From the NCBI GenBank assembly GCA_043228905.1, contig JBHGNT010000003.1, positions 17,980,001 through 18,044,000 on the forward strand: DNA of 64,000 bases, in the 5' to 3' direction. The stretch is from Azolla caroliniana (Eukaryota > Plantae > Polypodiophyta). Each line of letters starts with the position of its first letter. Within the stretch, counting starts at the first letter, position 1. This document shows positions 37,034-49,071 of the stretch, piece by piece. A model generated the notes under the pieces. The model did no database searches, was not told the origin of the DNA, and saw nothing but the letters and a program-made list of their open reading frames with translations. The translations under genes and the position numbers were made by a program.

Positions 37034-40000
37034 GTTGGTGTGTCTGTGATAGGAACAACTAGTCATATGAAGAGTTGTCGAGTAGTGGAGACTCGGCTGT
37101 GTTGTCCCCGCGCAAGGAACCAAGGAGACGGTTCACACGCAAAGAGAAGGGAAAGAAGACGATGTTGGAATAAGACATCGATAGAGATGAGTCAGAGCTG
37201 AGCAAATCCGACTCCGGAAGGAATGAAGATGAACCTCCGGAGAAGAAGTCCAAATCGGCCAAGAGGGCCCTTAAATTGGTTAACGAGAGGTTACGCCGAT
37301 CTACCCTCCAGAAGAATCTTGTCAACCGGTACAGGTATAATGAGTACATGTCGCATCATTAGGCATGCATGACGAAAGTGGTGGAAGTGCATGAACCGGA
37401 GAGCTACGTAGAAGTGGCAAAGGATGCATATTGGCATGCCGCTATGAAGGAAGAGATGCGGCACTCGATGCCAATGACACATGGGACTAGGTTGACCCTC
37501 CCCGACATTGCAAACCAATCGGCAGCAAGTGGATATTCAAGGTGAAATACAATGCCAACGGTTCGGTCAACCGGTACAAGCCCCGGTTAGTGGTCAACGC
37601 AGACCCACGAAATCGACTACGATGAGACCTTCGCTCCAGTAGCTAGGGTTTACGGCCTCGAAGTTTGACTCTTCGTTGTTCATTTGAAAAGGTCTGGAAG
37701 GTCCAGTATACATCTTGCTATATGTGGATGATCTAGTCATCACCAGACTCAGACTCGTTGAAATCAGGCGAGTGAAGTTCCAACTGTTGGACACATTCAA
37801 AATGAAGGACCTGGGGGACCTTCATTACTTCATTGGGATCGAAGTGATTCATACCCTTGATGGCATATTGCTATCTCAGAGACACTATGTGTTGAATATG
37901 TTGTACAAGTTTGGCATGACGGATTGCCGATCGGTTTCCACACCCTTGGACCGGAACATGAAGCTTCGTCCCGACTCCGGATCGGCCTGCAACGAGAAAC
38001 GGTTCCGATAAATTGTCGGAAGCCTCATCTATCTTACTATCACCCGACCCGACATCAACTATCTGGTCGGGATGATAAGTCAATTTATGCAGAAGCCGAC
38101 CGTGGAGCACCTATAGTGCGCGCACCGAATACTCAGGTATGTTAGCGGCAGTAAGGACTGGGGACTATTATATCGACATGCTATAACTGAAAATCTAGTC
38201 AGTTATACAGATGCTGATTGGGCTGGTGATGCGTCAGATCGTCGGTCCACTTCCGGTCATATGTTTTCTCTAGGTAGCGCGGTTATTGCGTGGAGCAACA
38301 AAAAGCACTTGGTAGTGGCTCTATCAAGCACTAAGGCTAAGTATCGGGGTGCTACCGTCGCCACCTGTGAAGCCACTTGGCTTCGGCGATTGCTGCAAGA
38401 CCTCTGGATCGAAGTACTAACTCCGATCCTAATCTACTACGACAACATGAGTAGCATGCAGCTTGCGAAGAACCCTATCTTCCATGCTCACATAAAGCAT
38501 ATCGAAGTGCATAATCACTTTGTGCATGAGCGAGTCCTGAGCGGTGAAGTCGAACTCCGGTATGTTTGAATGGATTGACAAGTTGCCGATATATTCACCA
38601 AGCCACTCGGATCGGACAAGTTGCAACAATTTTCGGCGATGCTTCAGCTACAACATCTCGACGTGCCGCACTTGAGGGGGAGAACCGGTACTGGTATGGG
38701 GAGAGCCGAAACAGAAATTGGAAAGACAGGTAAAGGCACCGGAGAGCAGGACGAAATGACCGAAACAGGGGGAGACAAGAAGAAAAAGGGAGCCAAGTTG
38801 GCTGAAGAAGTCAGCACATTCGAAAAAATCAGAATGAGAGGCGACGGTAGCAGAATCAAGAAGGATAGAGCTGACCGAAAGAAGAAGGCCAAGACTTGGA
38901 CGTGGTCTGATGTTGTGAAGGGCTTGAAGACCGAAGAAGAGTTGGAGAAAGCCAACTTGGAGAAGAGCGGGAATGAATCAGAGGCAACCGATTTGATTCA
39001 ATAGTTTGATTCAGAGGAGCTGGATCAATTGAAGGCCAAGCAGACAAGAAGGCAGTGGAAGTCGACACCGATGGGTTGAGAAGTGTCGAAGTCACAACAA
39101 CGAAGGAGTTGAGATGGGCCTGTTGAGTAGACAAGCCGACCGAGAAGGTCGAGGAGCACGGAACTGGACGAGTCATGGAAAGCGGGACCGGATGGGTTGA
39201 AGAGTGCGAGCAAGGCGGGTAGACACCAGGAGGAGCCGGAGGGAAGGACCGACAAACACTGACACCATGATCCGACCTCAAGTTGAGCTTGAGGGGGAGT
39301 GTTGAGCGGACAAGTTGAACTAGATCCGGATTGGCTGAGTAAGCCAGAGCCAGATCAGTATCCGGAACAAAAGAGTCGGATCAGAGTGCAAACCAGAACG
39401 CCGTTGGGGGTCTACACTCCTAGACTACTAGGTAGTTATCCTAGGAGTTAGTGTCAGCAGCTCGGTACGAGCATTGAAGTACTAGGTACTTTCGTTAGTC
39501 CTTTCAAGGACTTGTATAAAAGTTCTCTCGGAGCACATTTTATGTACAAAGTGTTATTTTGAAATTAAGTTTTACTGTTCTGCTCTAACTCTCTCTCTCT
39601 CCCTCCCTGTGTGTGTGTGTGTGTGTTTTGTGAAGCTTCCATTAAACCTACCGTTATATGTTGATATCCGGTGAAGTCGGTTACGTCTACAAGCTTCTGC
39701 ATGTAATTCTTTTTAGGCATATAACATCCCAGAAGGATGCATTTGCTTTTCCAAACAAGAGATTGTGGGTTGCTCCATCGAAAGTGTCCCTCTTTGTCAT
39801 GGAACAAAGTCACTTGTAGCATGACAACCTTATATGAAGGCAAGGTTATTCATTGAGAAGCCTTAGTAGGCCATATAAACAATTATGATTGAGGCGTGTT
39901 TTGCATAGATGATCTAATTTCATGTACTTACCTCATTGCGATTTTTTACCTAGATGAAGGCAAAGAAGAGTTGTTGATTGAATGATTGCTTGAAATACCG

Positions 40001-40234
40001 CCATTGATGCATATATACGTGAGAAAATTTGAGAATTGATTAGATAAGTATATAGGGTTACAATTACAAAGATGTATATTTGAAAACAAACTTTCTATGA
40101 CATATGAGAGTAGCTCATAATGGTAGGCCACCCATGTATTCACACCTTATAGCTTAGATGGGATCTAGACTAGTCAACTACAGATTAGTGGGACAGATAA
40201 TAGTCTTAACTACTTTGTGTGTGTGTGATATATA

Positions 40235-41850
40235 TATAGATAGATTATATTATCGTCTTTGGAGGTCAAATAGGACCCTTGAGACAAAAAATATTACATT
40301 TCCCATGATACATGTGAAAGTGAGTTGCGACTCTCGATGTTCAAAACCAATGAATGCTGCAATCAAGAGTGCATATTGTGGTTGTTAGAGAAATTTGAGC
40401 AAGGATTGGGCTTGATCGAAGATGTGTGGAAAGCATGGTAAAATATGATCAAAGACAGAGCATTCTATCAATATGTGATACTCAAACTCTCGAACTTGTT
40501 TAGGGGCAAAGTGTGCATAGTCAACCACTCTCATCACTTGTTCCCAAACGCCTCGTCTCACATTGCAATGCATGTGAGCTAAGTTGCATGGAAGCAATGG
40601 TTCGAATGGAAGCCAATGGAATGGGCTCTACCATGTATCGATGTGTACGTTTTCCCCTTTCCGCGAAGAATATGGTTTTGTAGTTGGGTGCAACATGTGT
40701 AGTATAATGTGTGATGCGTGAGCCTCCACGTTTTCCCATGTCATGATACATTGGCATTGCAAAAAGGCCTCATTTATAGAGGAATCTAGTGATGCCTCAT
40801 GAGGCAAATGTGTTGCATCCCATCTACCAAACCACTTTTTCATGTCTTGTATCCAACCGGAACGCAAAATTTTGCTTTTATGCGTCTTCTGGATCTTTTA
40901 TGCGATTCTATGAAGTCGATGTGAGGGACTTTTTTGAACCTTAAGCATGTATTCAAGAACCCTTTCCATGGACATGATCTCAATGGGAAGTGATCACGTC
41001 TCAAGGAGGAGGAGGATGTATGGTGTTTTTTTCTTAACTTGTGGAAACTTTGTAAGAAAATGTTTTTGGATATTTTCAAACTCTTTCCAAGTAGATTTAG
41101 GGATGCTACCACCACATAGAGGACCGGTGTCACCAAAGTGTCAAAAATGTATTTCTTGAGAACCCAACACTTAATATCTCAATGATTACATGTGTTCTTA
41201 AATGCATAATATGCTCGTTTTCCCGCCTCTAAGCGGCATGTAGCACATTCATTCCATCTATGATTTGAAGGAACTTCAAGGCCAATATATTTGAAGCTTT
41301 CCACACATTCAAGTGGCTCATATTGTACATAATGCGTAGGTTATCTCTTTTTTGTCTCTTCACAAGGACAATCTTTGTTTTAGAGCTATTAACACTTAAT
41401 ATCGTATGCGTGCACTTTTTTCCCAGTGCATGCATAAGCTTTTGCGCATCTCCTAAAGTATTTGCAAAAAGCACTACATCATCCGCATATAGCAAAAGCA
41501 TAATGACAACATTCCCAATTGAAACTTCTTCAACACCTTCTTCCTTTACAAACTTGACCACCATTTCTTCCAATTCATCAATGCATAGACCAAATAGAGT
41601 TGGTGAGATTGGGCATCCTTGCTTAAAACCTATAGTGCTATTGAAAAAATCTAAAACTTTATCCCTCATACACACAAAACATATAACCTTCTGATATATT
41701 CAGGAGATTGCAAGCATATATTCACTTGGCATCTTGAGTTCTTGCATTCGCCTCCAAAGATGCTCACGAGGTACCATATCATAAGCTTTCAAAAAGTCTA
41801 TGAAGCAACAATATAAACCTTTAACTCCACGCCAACTTTCCTCTATTAGA
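40235..41850 (-). mobile_element. Degenerate RTE-X-like LINE (divergent subfamily)
   Basis: RT CFIDFLKAYDMV, GFKQGCPISPTLFGLCID and LLYADDVVL; C-terminal SSHALQCET..HILIECSVF; 3' hairpin; flanked by microsatellites on both sides. Confidence 0.85.
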
Positions 41851-42529
41851 GAGAGAGAGAGAGAGAGAGGATTATATTCTTTGTTTGGGTTGAGTCACAT
41901 TAAATGTGCAAAGCAGTTGATAATAGTAGGATATTCCTTTTTTGTCAACTGACTTGTCATTTAATATGACCAAGCTCCCTAGATACAAGCTAGTGCTAGA
42001 CAATACTTACCTTAAATTCAATGATACATACTTCAAGACTAAGTAAATCTTAACTTGCCCACATAATATTCTTCTAGTCGACCTGACTAGTTAAACTTAT
42101 TACTCTACTTCCCTTTTTCCTAAATCCATTCTATCCTACATCGACACCTTATCGATCCATATGGTCGGATTGCACAATAGCTACTCCTCATTTGGGGAGC
42201 TATTACAAAATGTGCATTCTAAGAATACATATGGGGATAAATTGACAGCTTGGGGTTGATCATTGATTATATCTAACAATGTGTGTGTGTGCGTGCGCAT
42301 CTGTGTATTATATGTCAAGCCCATATATTATCACATATTAATGAAGTGTCCATTACAACCATCATGCAAGTATTCTCATTGTTGTTGCCTTGGAAGATAG
42401 CATAGTTGAGGTTTTCCTACCATGCACATTGCATAGTGTGAAAGGCCATAAATGTATTTCCCACAAATAGTACAATGTATATAGGACAAAAAGTGATGCA
42501 ACTTTGAATGTATTTGGTATGTAATATTC

Positions 42530-42980
42530 AGAAAAGTTGGTATGGGCTTAAGCTATCTTCTCGAAAGTGGTTTATGAGGTCACAAAATTATAATTGGAGC
42601 TATGAAGACACTTATCTATAACAAAGAAATTTCTAGTGGCACGTATATGATTTTGATACTCTATGTAGATGACATGCTCATTGGTTGTAAAAACAAGGAT
42701 GAGTTGTCCATGCTAAAGAAAAATCTACGTCGAACATTTGACATGAAAAATTGGGAAATGCAAAACACATTCTTGGCATCTATATTACTCGCGGTAGGAG
42801 TAATGAATGTATTTATTTGTCTCAATCTTATCATGTATCCAAAATACTCATATGGAGAGTGAAAGACCTTTGAGTGCATCATTATCTATGCTTGTAAAAC
42901 TAATCAAGAATGTACACCCCAAATCTAACGATGAAACGGAATTCCCGAGCGAAATTTCCTATCAATTTGATGTTGATAGT
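42530..42980 (+). mobile_element. Very old Copia RT fragment
   Basis: LYGLK-like motif, ILYVDDMLIG and TFDMK. Confidence 0.7.
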
Positions 42981-43227
42981 AGGGATTGGCAACAACTTGG
43001 TTCAAACTTAAATTGATCTACTAAACCAGTTTGACGGTTTAATGGCTTGGCTAAGGCTTGAGCTTGCTTAAATGGTTTGAGTTTAGTTCAACTCGGCTTG
43101 AGCCCTGCCAAACCGGTTAAGCAGGCTAGTTCACTTTAACTTTTTACTAGTGTTAATTTAATAATTAGGTCATTTTTACTAAAAGTTAGAAGCCGAGAGT
43201 TGAATGTGGAGTGTTGACACAAACATA

Positions 43228-44400
43228 AGAGAGAGAAGAATTTTTTATCATCCATTAAGAGGCCAGTTTTGACCTATGGGACAAGAGTATACATGTGTTC
43301 TTGATATGTGTCTCCTTCCTAAAAAGGGGTATTCATTGAAGCACAAAGTCTCTATGTATGAATAAGGCATACACATATGAGCTCAACCTTCTAGGTGGTG
43401 TCTTCAGTATGGCACTTACGTTATCACTCCCTCTTAATATGTCTTGATATCTTGAACGAATTGCACTATATGTCAAGCATGTGAAGAACAAGTGACATTC
43501 ATCCTCTATCATGGCTTCATTGCATACTTTACATGCCTTTAAATTCATTACATTTTGATATCGTGATGCAACTTTAATACCTAACTTGTGAGGTTGAGTG
43601 TGAAGTAGTGTGAGGGCTCTATGAGCATTACTACTCATATTGATAATGAGATAAGGTTGGATACGATCAATAGGCATTCTTGCCTTATATTGAGACCAAC
43701 GTTTAGGGTTAAGATTTGTAATGTTGTATTCTAGCTTTGTCCTCTTAGCATCTTCCCACTTCATCTTTAATGATTCCACCAACCTTTCCTCAATCATTTC
43801 ATAATGCATATCATCGCTCGAAATCTCTAAAAGATCATCCACACCCCATCATCTGAACCATTTACTTATGTCAACAACCCAACTGGATGAGAGAATTTTA
43901 CTCTTATGATTCTTCTATGGCTTGCATCCAACATTGTGTAGCTTATATCCAACATTCCAAGAAAGATGTGGTAATCGATGATTCAACATATTCTTGACTT
44001 TTGTAATGCATCTACATATATATAGTTTGGAGTGCCAATACCTCTATGGGCCGAACACCAGTTTTCAAGAGCATAACTTGGTAAGAGGTAGTGCGTTTAA
44101 CTCCTAATTGCCTCCTTAAAAACATCTTTTGAAATTTCTCTATCTTATTCCATGCATCAAGAGAGATGATGCCACCCCATACTTCTACTCCATAAAGCAA
44201 TACTTGAGTTAGCATGGCATTGAATAAAATTAGTTTTACTTCCCATGCACAAGTATGACTTTGATTGCATTGGTTCTCCAAAAAGTAATATGATTTCCAA
44301 CCGGCTCGAAGCCTAGAATCAAAGCATGCACTCCATTTATAAGCGAGAATTAGGCCACTAGATCCAATGCCCTTGTCAAGTTTTGTAGCCACATTTAAGT
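43228..44400 (-). mobile_element. Degenerate RTE-X-like LINE 3' part (third subfamily)
   Basis: LLYGVEVWG, QKMFLRRQLGVK and CKVCNEAMIEDECHLFFTCLTY; 3' hairpin followed by a (TC)n tail. Confidence 0.8.
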
Positions 44401-44566
44401 AATCAATGTAAAAAATCTCACATCGGAGTTAGTAAACAAATATGAGAATTGAACGTAGGATCTTTCACACCGTAAGCGAGAATCATGTCACTAGACCAAA
44501 TTGTCGAATATGGGTATATAATGGTCGTATTCATATTGTCCCATTTGGACATACTAGGTTTAGGCA

Positions 44567-45080
44567 TGTTGAGAACCGAACTCAACTTCCCATTGAGATA
44601 GTGTTCACACTAGCCAGTGGACATCATACGAGGCTAGTTTTGTGATTAGTAGAAAGCATCCGAACAATCAAAGCAGTGTCGACTAACCTTCTGAAAGCCG
44701 ATTAAGCCAAATTGAAAATTTTCAAGGATCGAACTGAACCAACTTTTCGACATCCGGAAGTTGTGTTCGAAGGGGTGTGTTGAGAATTGAACTCAACTTC
44801 CCATAAAGATAGTGTTCACACTAGCCAGTGGGCATTATACTAGGCTAGTTTTGTAATTAGTAGAAAGGGCACTTGCCCTAGACTAGTTGGTATTTAAACC
44901 AACTCCTTGTAACTTAGTTGTTGTTGGATGTAATTCTATTTTTACGAATATAGCCTCTTGTTCAAAGCTCTCTCTCTCTCTCTCTCTCTCGCTTTGTCTT
45001 ACGTACACACACGCACACACACACACACAGAGTTTACTTCTGCTGCACAACATCACCTACATCACTCTCAATTCTTTACA
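44567..45080 (+). mobile_element. Internally deleted LTR element nested in the family C 5' LTR
   Basis: Partial 5' LTR 44567-44656, short interior with PPT, full LTR 44778-45080; TSD AGGCA/AGGCT. Confidence 0.75.
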
Positions 45081-47385
45081 AGGCTATTCATGTAGATAGT
45101 GGAAAGGGCAGTAGCCCTAAGTTAGTTAGTATTTAAATTGACTTTTGTAACCTAGTTTTAAGGTTGTTCATTTTGTACATTTGGCCATTATAACTCTGAG
45201 AATAATACACAATTACAATTTGCTTTTGCCTATCTTGGTGTCTCTCTTCTTCTTGTGTCTTATGATTTGATTGTCTTATATTACCAATTTGTTATTATCT
45301 GCTACCTCTTTAAGATCTTCACAAGAAGAGTGTTGATTCTTGGTTCCACACAAGATGGTTGGTCACAACATCTGGTATCTGAGTGAGGCATTTTGATTTT
45401 GTTGTCGCCATCTACTTTGTCTTCATCAACAACTCTTCTTTTGTCGCTTCTGAAGATTTTTTATGTTATAACAGATTCCAAGATTTTAGTCCTACTAAAA
45501 TCCCTTGTTTGGTAACTCCTTAGAAGATCATTTTCAGTGAAGAGAACACATGAAAAGTCTGCACTCGACTGATCTAAATCACTGTTAAAGTAAGCCAGTC
45601 AGTTGTACTTTGTTTTTGTGATTGTAGCCACTCGGAGTTAGACTTCTTCCTTGGACAGGCCATACTTGTGCTTCACCCAGTTAGGTGACGACCGAATAGG
45701 TCATCTGACGCTGTTCACTCGCTCGTCGTAACCACTTGGAGCAAAGTCCACCACAGGAATAACCGCCTTCCATGCTTCACTCGGGTAGACAACATTTGGG
45801 AAGACCGGTCAAATCGGTCCCTCTCTCTATTGTAGTCACCCGAAGCAGGATTGGCTTGGAACAACAACACATAATTTGTGATCGGTATCTTAAAATCAAC
45901 ATTCAAAATTGAATCGGCAGTTAATTGTGCTCAATTCGACCAGGTGATATTCGGGAAGACTAAGTGGCTCTATCCCTCCATTCATCGTAGCCACTCCGAG
46001 CAAGTTTAGCACCCAACTGCTATTCCAAATCCAATCGACAATTAAATTGGCAAATTCGGGTCCAACTCGGCTAAGTCGATCTACTGTAACCACTTAAGAC
46101 AGAACCCTCTAATAGTCGAAGTCGATTTGACTCATGTCCAAATCCGACTAGAACGATATCGGGTGAGCCAATTAGTTGCATCCCACCACTGTTCGCGGTC
46201 GACTCCGGACAGAGTCTAGCAAGCCAACACTGATGGCATCAACATACAGCTCATAAGAGATGAGTCTAAGGAAGTTTAACGGATCGAACTTCAACTTTTG
46301 GAAGGACACAGCTGCAGGACTATCTAATAGTCAAGGGTCAAATCGAGCCATTTGAGACAGAAAATGTCCCAAAAGAATACAAGCCAAATGAGTGGACAAA
46401 GCTAGACAGAATCGTTCGTGCCACTATTTGGATGCACTTATCAGAGTTAGTGTACTTCACAATGCAATCGTGTTCTATTGCCTTCCAACTATCGAAGACA
46501 GTTTCAGACACCTATGAAAAGAAGGTCGCTGCCACAAAGATATATTTGATTCAGTGCCTTTACAACCTTCAAATGAAAGAATCTAACTCGGACCAGGCAC
46601 ACCTAAACGAGTACGAAAGTCTACGCTCCTAGATTTCGGCCCAGTGGACGACGATAAAGGATGAACTAAAATCTATGCTTTGAATGAGTAGTCTCCCCAC
46701 TTCGTGGGAAACTTTCATCACAACTGTATGCAATGCGTCGTCTACTGCCATTAAATACTCTGAGGTCATGAGCTCAATCTTGACGGAAGTTGCTCAGAGA
46801 AATTCGCTTGCAAACGATTCTACCAGTGCCACCTATGTAGCACAAAGTTTGGCTGACCCATTGAACAGTCGAGGAAGAAGTTCTTCCCAACCGCCGAACA
46901 ACATACGAAGCCGGAGCAAGTCTCAGGATAATCGAATATGCAATTACTGCGAGAAACCCAGACATATCAAGTCAGATTTCTGCGCCCTCAAAGCTAGGAA
47001 TGATAAAGCTCAGCGGGCTGATCAAAATAGTGGATGGCATGAGGAGGTCAACTGTGTCGGCTTGTCAATCGAAGTATTGACAAATGACCAGAACATTCTG
47101 TTCATCGAGCACTCAGTTGAATTAGAAGTTCTGCTTACAATTGAAGAGTCAAGTACTTGGCTCTTGGATTTAGGCGCTTCATACCATGTGACCCCTCACA
47201 GATCCCAATTTCAGCAATATTTGGCCCAACATTCCAACTTAGTTCGAGTCGGAAACTCGCAACATTGTGCCATAATCGGAATCGGCACTGTAGAGCTCAA
47301 CCTTCCAAGTGGCTTTACACTTGTACTACATAATGTATGACATGTACCGAAACTCTCACGACCACTCATCTCAGTTGGACAACTC

Positions 47386-47835
47386 TCTTACTTGCTCCAA
47401 AACCAAAAGTACATTTATTATCCGTGGGATTGTAAGTGTATGAGTGTATAAATGATAGTACATGGATAGATAAGTGTAAAATCTTGTGTTAAAAGTCATT
47501 TTGTAAGTATGTGCAAGTGAACACAAGAGTAAGTGTGAGTATATTAATATGTGTAAACATATGCATGTTTATGTGAATGTGTGCGAATATGGAAAAGTGT
47601 TGTAAAGTGACTATATGTTGTTATAAGGGTATGTAACTACCTTCCAAGCCTGATTGAATGTTCTTGATTTGGAACCCTCATGTAATGTACCTATATAACC
47701 CCACCCAAGGGTACATGAATGAATAATAGTAGTTTTTGCCTCTCAATAATTGTCTCTCTTTCTCTCTCTCTCTCTCTTCCTCACACTCAACCCCCTTGGG
47801 AGGGGGGGGGTGGCTCCACCCCCCACCCATCAACA
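47386..47835. mobile_element. LTR-like non-coding insert in family C pol
   Basis: Interrupts pol after LISVGQL; has a TATA-like motif and (CT)n, ends CAACA; no TSD found. Confidence 0.45.
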
Positions 47836-49071
47836 ACATTCATTACATCTGTTATACGTCACACTAAGAGAGGTTGACTTGTTCTTGGTTGATGTCATCG
47901 TATCATCACTATGGCACGAACGACCCAGACACCTCAACAAGGCTGACATAAAGCGCTTATCCAAAACCGGATATATCCCCAAACTCTCCTTCTCAGATCA
48001 CCAATTCTGGAGTGTTGCCAGTATGGCAAACAAGTTGCATCCTCACACCCTATGACCACACTAGGAGAATAGAATCCACTCAATTTGGTTCATTCAGACA
48101 TCTGTGGGCCTATGCCACATTAGTCTCTTGGTGGTGCCTTCTATTTCATAAGCTTTGTTGACGACTCAAACAAAAAGGTATGAGTTTATTTGGACATAAC
48201 CAAAGATTGGGTGTTCTCAATCTTCTAGGTGTCACCAAGTAGGCCTCTAGGACTTCGAATACTGACTTTGGAACCCCAAGCACAAGCAAATCATCCAAAG
48301 TTCGGATGTAGTGTTCAATGAGCCAGCTATGCATAAGACGACCGAAAGGCCACTTGAAGTCTAAAGGGTAACCTTTCTGAAGTATCGGCCCTTTAGGATG
48401 GCCCAACCCATAACACGAGGTTGACTTCACGGGTAGCCGAATCCTCTAGCACCGACTCGGCACCAACCAAATCGGCACAACTGAATGATTCAGCTTTGAA
48501 CCGAATGATTCAGCTTTGGACCATCTGACTCAGACACACCCGATGCGACTAACCCAGTCTTACCTTGAAGATCCGAGAGTTTGTTGTAGTTCCCGGAGAG
48601 GTATTCTCCTAGAGTCTTCTTCATGAACGCTGGCGAACTGACGTCATACGAATAAGCATTGGCATCAACTGATTCGGCCACATGGCATCTAGCGATGGAG
48701 TCAACGGCAAAACAAGACTTGGGACTTGGTTGAATTATCTAAGAATCGACGTGCTCTTCTGTGCAAATGAGTCTATAGATTAAAAGAGACATCCAATTTG
48801 ACCACCCCAAAATTCAAGGCTAGATTGGTAGCAAAAGGGTTTCGACAAGAACATGGTGTCAACTTCTACGAGATGTTTTCACCAGTGGTGAAAATGACAA
48901 CCCTTCTCTTTATGCTCTGAGTTGTGGTAGTCGAGGATTTGGTGCTGATTCAACTAGATGTTAAAATGGCTTTGCTCCATGGTGATCTCGAGGAGGAAAT
49001 TTATATGGTGCAGCCAAAAGGCTTTGTGGTATCCGAATTGGAACATCTAATCTGCCGACTCAGGAAGAGTT

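Larger units (their letters stand above)
34195..37051 (+). mobile_element. Non-autonomous (non-coding) LTR retrotransposon, Gypsy/chromovirus-type signals
   Basis: LTRs 34195-34720 and 36053-37051 (the latter interrupted); perfect TSD GGAAC; PPT AAAGGGGAGGATAA; the 1.3-kb interior has no recognisable gag/pol motif. Confidence 0.9.
30464..39691 (+). mobile_element. Decayed Ty1/Copia element (family B, copy 1) hosting nested inserts
   Basis: gag ARKLQLRQELNN; integrase LIHSDVWG and FIDDY; RT YVDDLVI; RNase H DADWAG and KHIEVHNHFV; PPT TTGAGGGGGAG at 39289 followed by an LTR at 39300-~39691. Confidence 0.9.

Noticed and set aside
39700-39900. Possible L1 fragment on the minus strand
   Set aside because: Too degenerate to support without a profile search.
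42978-43140. hAT/MITE-like end (TAGGG..., AACC/GGTT motifs)
   Set aside because: No matching second terminus or TSD found.
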